From an uncultured candidate division Zixibacteria bacterium (GTDB lineage: Bacteria > Zixibacteria > MSB-5A5 > RBG-16-43-9): a DNA stretch of 64,000 nucleotides. Made by a program: the position numbers and the translations under genes. The DNA lies in contig OY970208.1 of the NCBI GenBank assembly GCA_963713865.1, positions 448,001-512,000 on the forward strand, written 5' to 3'. Under the pieces are notes generated by a model. It searched no databases and was not told the origin of the DNA. It saw only the letters and a list, made by a program, of their open reading frames with translations. Below, piece after piece: positions 58,804 through 64,000 of this stretch (positions within the stretch are counted from its first letter, which is position 1; each line of letters begins with the position of its first letter).

Positions 58804-60393
58804 CTAAAAAACCTCTGCTGAGAATATATAGATTTCCGTATCCTTATCCTTCCAGCAGTCTTTATCATAAATACCAGCTTTAAAGCAGGTCTGTTCCAGA
58901 AAAGTTTTCCGGTCCCAGTTATTTTCCGTGGCAACCTGGGGTAAAAGCAGGCCGGAGTTATAACCTTTCCGAATCAGAATCCCGTGTATTCCAACCTGGA
59001 TTTGATTCACATCCGTAATCTTTTTCAAGGGGGTTAAGGCCGAGATCTCTATCTCCAAGTCTTTTAACTCTTCTTTAGTAACAGGAGAAAACCTCGGGTC
59101 GCTCAAAGCAGCGGCTTCTGCCATCTCCTGAACTGTTTGATAAAGCGGTTTAACCGCCTGAATATATCCGATACATCCTCTTAGCATCCCCTGTTTTTTT
59201 ATGGTTACAAAAGCACCGCGATTTTCTTTGAGTATTTGCGAAGTTACATTATATTCAGGGCATTTTATGCCTTTTACCTTGCAATCTATTGTCTCTTTAG
59301 CAATCCTGAGCAATAAAGCCTTATCCTTATTTGAAAGTCCAGATTCTGCTTTATTTTTCTCATCTTCTTTTTCAGACCTGGTCTTTGAAGAATTACCTGG
59401 ATTTTTCTTGGTGTCGACTTTGACCTTGGGGCCATAGAAAACTGCTGACATATATCCTACTACCTGTGATTCATCTCCGGTTACATCTCCAGAATTAGCA
59501 TATTTGACAACTTTTGATTGGTTAGCTCCTAACTCCTGGGCTGCGATCATAGTCGCTATAATAGGACCTCCACCACAGGCTTCACAACGGTCAGAAGAAA
59601 GATCCTCGAATAATGCCTTGGGATTAAAGGAGCTTACATCCTTTATTACCACGCTGTCTAATCTAATCGCTTCCGCATAAGGATGATAATGGGAAAGGTC
59701 TGAACTGGCAACGATCAAGGCATCTTTATCTTTTAGAACTTTCCCTAAAGCTTTGCCTAACGCCTCATAGGTTTCATAGCTATTCTCTGGACCAAGGACT
59801 ATAGGGATAAGATTAAATTTCCCCAGGACTATCTGCAGAAAAGGTAATTGAACCTCTAAGGCATGCTCTGCTCTTGTACCGGAGGAGGTATGCCCTACCT
59901 CTGAGAGATAAATCCTGTTATCCATTTTAGAAAGCTCCAAAGCCAACTCCTTATCCACTGAGATTGTCCCCAGGGGAGTCTGGTAAGCTTTTCCGTTGTA
60001 GATTGAAGCACCTTGAAAATAAGCTGAATGGGAAGGGGAGATGACAACTACTGTCTGGTATTTTAAACCTTCTAACGTTTTATAACCATAGGCTGCTACC
60101 TGCCCGGAATAAAAATAGCCGGCGTGAGGTGAGATCAAGGCAACTATTTTTCCGGGGAACTCTTCTTTTTTTGCCTTATTATAATAATCGGCAATCTCTT
60201 TGGTCAACTTTACGGGGTCCGAAGGATAAAAACCTGTTGGACCGGCCCAGGCTGGTTTCCTTACCTCCTCCGTTTGAACTCCTTCTTTTTTCATAATATT
60301 ACCCTCCGCCTTAAGGTGAGAGAAACCCTTAAAGCAAAACATAAAAATAGATAAAATCACAAAAATCCAAGAGAAATTTTTTAACGTTCTCAT
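58804..60393 (-). CDS. AmmeMemoRadiSam protein B/A fusion (MEMO1 + AMMECR1)
   Basis: PHAGY.YSG, EHALEVQLPFLQ, SSDLSHY and ACG; then GAFVT..K.G.LRGCIG and GLLLPQV. Confidence 0.93.
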   Translation of the reverse strand: MRTLKNFSWIFVILSIFMFCFKGFSHLKAEGNIMKKEGVQTEEVRKPAWAGPTGFYPSDPVKLTKEIADYYNKAKKEEFPGKIVALISPHAGYFYSGQVAAYGYKTLEGLKYQTVVVISPSHSAYFQGASIYNGKAYQTPLGTISVDKELALELSKMDNRIYLSEVGHTSSGTRAEHALEVQLPFLQIVLGKFNLIPIVLGPENSYETYEALGKALGKVLKDKDALIVASSDLSHYHPYAEAIRLDSVVIKDVSSFNPKALFEDLSSDRCEACGGGPIIATMIAAQELGANQSKVVKYANSGDVTGDESQVVGYMSAVFYGPKVKVDTKKNPGNSSKTRSEKEDEKNKAESGLSNKDKALLLRIAKETIDCKVKGIKCPEYNVTSQILKENRGAFVTIKKQGMLRGCIGYIQAVKPLYQTVQEMAEAAALSDPRFSPVTKEELKDLEIEISALTPLKKITDVNQIQVGIHGILIRKGYNSGLLLPQVATENNWDRKTFLEQTCFKAGIYDKDCWKDKDTEIYIFSAEVF

Positions 60394-60510
60394 AAATTTA
60401 AAATTTATTTGCAAGCATTGAAGTGTCAACCTTTAGGTTTACTTTTTTTAAGAATTGGTAAAGCTAAAGCTTTACACTCCATTGGCATCCGTATGGATGG
60501 ACTTCAAAGA

Positions 60511-61218
60511 TTACATCAAATTCCTTTCCCTCAAACTCACATAACTTTCATTCCCGATGATTATATGGTCTAAGACATCTATCTCCATAAGTTTCCCGAC
60601 CTCTACTATTCTACGGGTAACTGTCAGGTCATCCTCAGAGGGTTCCGGTTCGCCAGAAGGGTGATTATGCGCTAAAATCAAAGCAGCAGCTCCATATTCG
60701 ATTGCCGGGCGGAAAACTTCTCTGGGTTGAACAATATTAAAAGTCAAACTACCGATGGAGATAACCTCATCGTGGATTAAGCGGTTCCTGATATTTAAGT
60801 ATAATCCCCGGAAGTGCTCCTTCTGCAGTTTTCTCATCTCCTCTAAATATTTATAAACGTCTTCCGGTGTTCTTATAGTAGGAATCCTCCCTTTATCCTC
60901 AAGGAAGAATCTCCTGCCCAGTTCAAAAGTGGCAACAATCTGGCAAGCTTTTACCTGAGGAATCCCTAAGGTATTCATCAACCTGCCTACATCTTTTTCC
61001 TGGGCAATCGCTTTAGAGCCATAGTCTTTGATTATCCTCTCAGATAACTCGATTACATTTAAGCCCTTATATCCGGTGTTCAAAATAATAGATAGAAGCT
61101 CACTATTCCTCAGAATATCCGGACCATATTTTATTAACTTTTCCCTGGGTTTCTGATCCTCGGGTAGCTCTTTTATCCTGATCTGGTAATTATCTTCCAT
61201 GACTATATCTTTTTGCAA
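60511..61218 (-). CDS. radC: RadC (JAB domain) protein
   Basis: PREKL, ELLSIIL, PREVF, HNHPSG..EPS..D and LDHIII motifs. Confidence 0.95.
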   Translation of the reverse strand: MQKDIVMEDNYQIRIKELPEDQKPREKLIKYGPDILRNSELLSIILNTGYKGLNVIELSERIIKDYGSKAIAQEKDVGRLMNTLGIPQVKACQIVATFELGRRFFLEDKGRIPTIRTPEDVYKYLEEMRKLQKEHFRGLYLNIRNRLIHDEVISIGSLTFNIVQPREVFRPAIEYGAAALILAHNHPSGEPEPSEDDLTVTRRIVEVGKLMEIDVLDHIIIGNESYVSLRERNLM

Positions 61219-61357
61219 AACTGGACTAATCTAATGAAAGATTTGGTAAAAGGAAAGAAAAAAAATAATAAAATACCTAATGACAAATATCGGATGACGG
61301 ATAAAAAAATAAAGAAAAGACATGAACATGATAAGGTTTTCGTGAGCGTAGAGAAAA

Positions 61358-61764
61358 TGGAGTGCAAGAGCTTGCTCTTGCATTTTTAAAGAGATATTAG
61401 CTTTGATGATATAAAATTGCTTGATGAATCAAGCCCCCTACAAAAAATCCTATCATTTTACATCTACAAATCTATTGAATATGTTGCCCGCAAAAAGGGG
61501 AAGATCGATCAGGTGATTAATTATTAGTGTAGGGGCGAGGTTTCCTCGCCCTCTTTAAAAGTGGAACAGACATCTCTACGAGCCGTAATGCTTTTATCGG
61601 CTTGTTTGTTCCCTAAGATCAGGCCCTAACACGGGTCTGTAGGACAAGATGCCTGACCCACCGTGGAGCGACCCTTCAAAGGCTCGCCAAAAATGTAGCG
61701 GAGGTCTTTAGACCTCCATAATAAAATGAAAGTTCGTAGCGTCAGGGTTTATCCCGGACGTTTT
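61358..61764. repeat. Dense cluster of diverse REP-like hairpins
   Basis: About eight different GT(A/G)G-headed hairpins, e.g. GTAGGGGCGAGG-TTT-CCTCGCCC, GTAGCGGAGGTC-TTTA-GACCTCC and TGCAAGAGC-TT-GCTCTTGCA. Confidence 0.75.
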
Positions 61765-62030
61765 TTTGTTTTTCGTATGACACTTCTCTCAATAACAGGA
61801 TAAGCCATATTAATTTTGTACTAAGAAATTTTTTATCCTATAAAAATCCAATTTTTTTCTTGACAATATTAGAAGCAATTTATTATCCTGAGATTAGGAA
61901 TAAGTAAATCTTAGATAAATAGTTAACGGACACACCTCTTTAAATCCCCTAAAGGGATCCGTAGGAGAGGTAAAAGTGTCTAAACCATAAACCTTTTCCG
62001 CCAAAGGCGGGAAAACCACAGGAGGTCAAA

Positions 62031-63863
62031 ATGCTCTACAAAAATTTAACTTTGTGTTCTAAATCTCGGTTTGTCATCTTGGTTTTTTTAGTTTTATCAT
62101 TTACTCCATTTGCTACTCTTAATTCCCAAACCTTTTACCCCAATCCCGATTCCATTCCTTTCGCTCCAGCAGTAAACTATGGTGTAGGAAATGGGCCCAC
62201 TTATGCTTTTTGTGCAGATTTAGATGGGGATACAGATTTGGATTTAGCTGTGGCAAATGAGGGAAGTGGTAGTATTTCAGTCTTAAAGAACAACGGAGAT
62301 GGGACGTTTCAAACTAAGGTTGATTATAGTGCAGGGAACGGTTCTGCTTCTGTTTTTTGTGCGGATTTAGACGGGGATTCAGATTTAGACTTAGCTGTGG
62401 CAAATCGGCTTAGCGCGAGTGTTTCCATCTTGAAGAACAACGGGGACGGAACTTTTCAACCTAAAGTTGACTATGACGTAGGAGTCTGGCCCCGTTCTGT
62501 TTTTTGTGCTGATTTAGATGGGGATGATGACTTAGACTTAGCGGTGGCAAATCATAATAGCGGAAGCGTTTCTATCCTGAAGAACAATGGTGATGGCACA
62601 TTTCAAACTAAGGTTGACTACGGTGTAGGAAGTAATCCTCACTCTGTTTTTTGTGCGGATTTAGACGGCGATACTGATATGGACTTAGCCGTAGCAAATG
62701 ATGTTTTGAACGGCACTGTTTCCATCTTAAAGAACAATGGAGATGGGACTTTTCAAACCAAAGTTAACTATGGTACAGGATATTATCCTACTTCTGTTTT
62801 TTGTGCAAATTTGGATGGGGATTCAGATCTGGACATAGCTGTGGCAAATTCTGGAAGTGCCAATGTTTCCATACTAATTAATAATGGTGATGGCACTTTT
62901 CAAACCGCAGTCAACTATCCTACAGAAAGCTTTGCTATTTATGTTTTTTGTGCGGATTTAGACGGAGATACAGATTTAGATTTAGCTGTGGCAAATTGTT
63001 ACGCCTCCAACGTCTCTATTTTAAACAATAACGGGGATGGAACTTTTCAGAGTAAAGTGGATTATGGTGCTGGAGGTTGCCCTCAGTCTGTTTTTTGTGC
63101 GGATTTGGATGGAGATGCAGATTTAGACTTAACCACTGCAAATCAATGGGATAACAATGTATCGATCTTAAAGCATCTTACGAATAATGAATACTCCCTG
63201 GTTCCTATAGATCTGAAAATGGGTTTGGATGATAGCACTGTCCAGGTTAATATTAATATCAAAACAATTGATACAGTCGAAGCGTTTAACGTTTTTTTGT
63301 ATGTTGAGGGGACTTCTAATCCAGTTCTGGATACTGTGCTGACTGGCGGTCCTTCAGATCCCAATCCTCCAGCATTTGCTACACCCAGCTTAGTTTCAAC
63401 CTTTGACTTAAGGGTAGTTTATTGGCCACCGGCTGATCCCCTTGTTTTTGTTGCAATTGACTTTCAGGCTAGTGAAGCGCTTATACCACCAGCAAACGGA
63501 CTCTACTGCAGGATGTTCTATAAAGTAACTAATCCAGGTACCTTAACCTTTAGAACTGCAGTTCACTCACTTTCAGGTGAGACATGTATGATTACCCCTG
63601 ATGGTACTCTCGTTCCCATTAACTGGACTCCTGCCGGAGAGGTCGGCAGTTTCAATGTTACTGAGGTAATCCGGGGAGATGCTAACGGTGATGGACAGAT
63701 TACTGTCTCAGATGTAATTTATCTAATCAATTATCTTTTCAAAGGTGGACCCTCACCAGATCCTTTAACGGTTGGCGATGTAAATTGTGATGGTAAAGTC
63801 TCTGTTTCCGATGTGGTTTATTTAATCAATTACCTTTTCAAAGGCGGGCCACCGCCGTGTTGA
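62031..63863 (+). CDS. Secreted FG-GAP/VCBS repeat beta-propeller protein with cohesin-like domain and C-terminal dockerin-like domain
   Basis: Signal peptide; seven ~50-aa ADLDGD.DLDLAVAN repeats; twin GDAN.DG..TVSDV.YLINYLFKGG motifs. Confidence 0.9.
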   Translation: MLYKNLTLCSKSRFVILVFLVLSFTPFATLNSQTFYPNPDSIPFAPAVNYGVGNGPTYAFCADLDGDTDLDLAVANEGSGSISVLKNNGDGTFQTKVDYSAGNGSASVFCADLDGDSDLDLAVANRLSASVSILKNNGDGTFQPKVDYDVGVWPRSVFCADLDGDDDLDLAVANHNSGSVSILKNNGDGTFQTKVDYGVGSNPHSVFCADLDGDTDMDLAVANDVLNGTVSILKNNGDGTFQTKVNYGTGYYPTSVFCANLDGDSDLDIAVANSGSANVSILINNGDGTFQTAVNYPTESFAIYVFCADLDGDTDLDLAVANCYASNVSILNNNGDGTFQSKVDYGAGGCPQSVFCADLDGDADLDLTTANQWDNNVSILKHLTNNEYSLVPIDLKMGLDDSTVQVNINIKTIDTVEAFNVFLYVEGTSNPVLDTVLTGGPSDPNPPAFATPSLVSTFDLRVVYWPPADPLVFVAIDFQASEALIPPANGLYCRMFYKVTNPGTLTFRTAVHSLSGETCMITPDGTLVPINWTPAGEVGSFNVTEVIRGDANGDGQITVSDVIYLINYLFKGGPSPDPLTVGDVNCDGKVSVSDVVYLINYLFKGGPPPC

Positions 63864-63915
63864 GCGAAGCGAAATCCCGCTGCAGGCGGGGCTGAAAAAC
63901 AGTTTGGAGTTTGGA

Positions 63916-63944
63916 GTAGGGGCGGGGTTTCCCCGCCCTTTTTT
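63916..63944 (+). terminator. REP-type hairpin positioned as terminator
   Basis: GTAGGGGCGGGG-TTT-CCCCGCCC followed by a T-run. Confidence 0.6.
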
Positions 63945-64000
63945 ATTATATGGAAGGCTGAAGCTTTCCTTTACAAATAAAACTGGAACAGACATCTCTA

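Noticed and set aside
6152-59437. Numerous antisense/shadow ORFs in the six-frame track
   Set aside because: They overlap well-supported genes on the opposite strand or frame and lack recognisable motifs.
60511-61218. radC as marker of a mobile or anti-restriction element
   Set aside because: Full-length chromosomal form with N-terminal HhH region in a housekeeping context.
62150-63180. FG-GAP repeats as a diversity-generating retroelement target
   Set aside because: No reverse transcriptase and no template/variable repeat pair with adenine-specific differences; these are ordinary coding tandem repeats.

Overview
64-kb chromosomal window of a Gram-negative bacterium, most likely candidate phylum Zixibacteria. 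That taxonomy is inferred from the C-terminal dockerin-like 'GDANGDG..TVSDVIYLINYLFKGG' tail, a PorV-like barrel and a group-II-like GGGP synthase. Most of the window is housekeeping: hutH/hutU/hutI, DinG, aldehyde dehydrogenase, lpdA, the pfk-gap-pgk-tpi-secG-tRNA-Leu operon, waaL/wzx/gmhA, alaS-recX-recA-thpR-cinA-pgpA-pgsA, dprA, nikR plus a TonB receptor, an M23 peptidase, MEMO/AMMECR1 and radC. Accessory signals: (1) At 0.5-5.4 kb are two tandem integrase-less integron-like modules. Each has a REP, a promoter, a near-identical 35-bp attI-like site, gene cassette(s) with attC, and a shared 27-bp tail. The first is preceded by what looks like the last ~20 codons of a co-oriented tyrosine recombinase. 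(2) An intact IS1202-family element with a 16-bp target duplication separates a membrane protease gene from an unannotated 34-aa secreted-type peptide and a membrane protein. (3) A REP-associated HUH transposase (RAYT) comes with a diverse population of REP/REPIN hairpins, some nested, some supplying stop codons, and one in-frame inside the RAYT itself. (4) A two-component signalling cluster shows recent duplication and a microhomology-joined chimeric pseudogene. (5) Degenerate 7-8-nt microrepeats sit at several gene junctions. Three single-base frameshifts (tpiA, pgpA, PAP2) are more likely assembly errors than biology. All calls come from motif reading only; no database searches were run.
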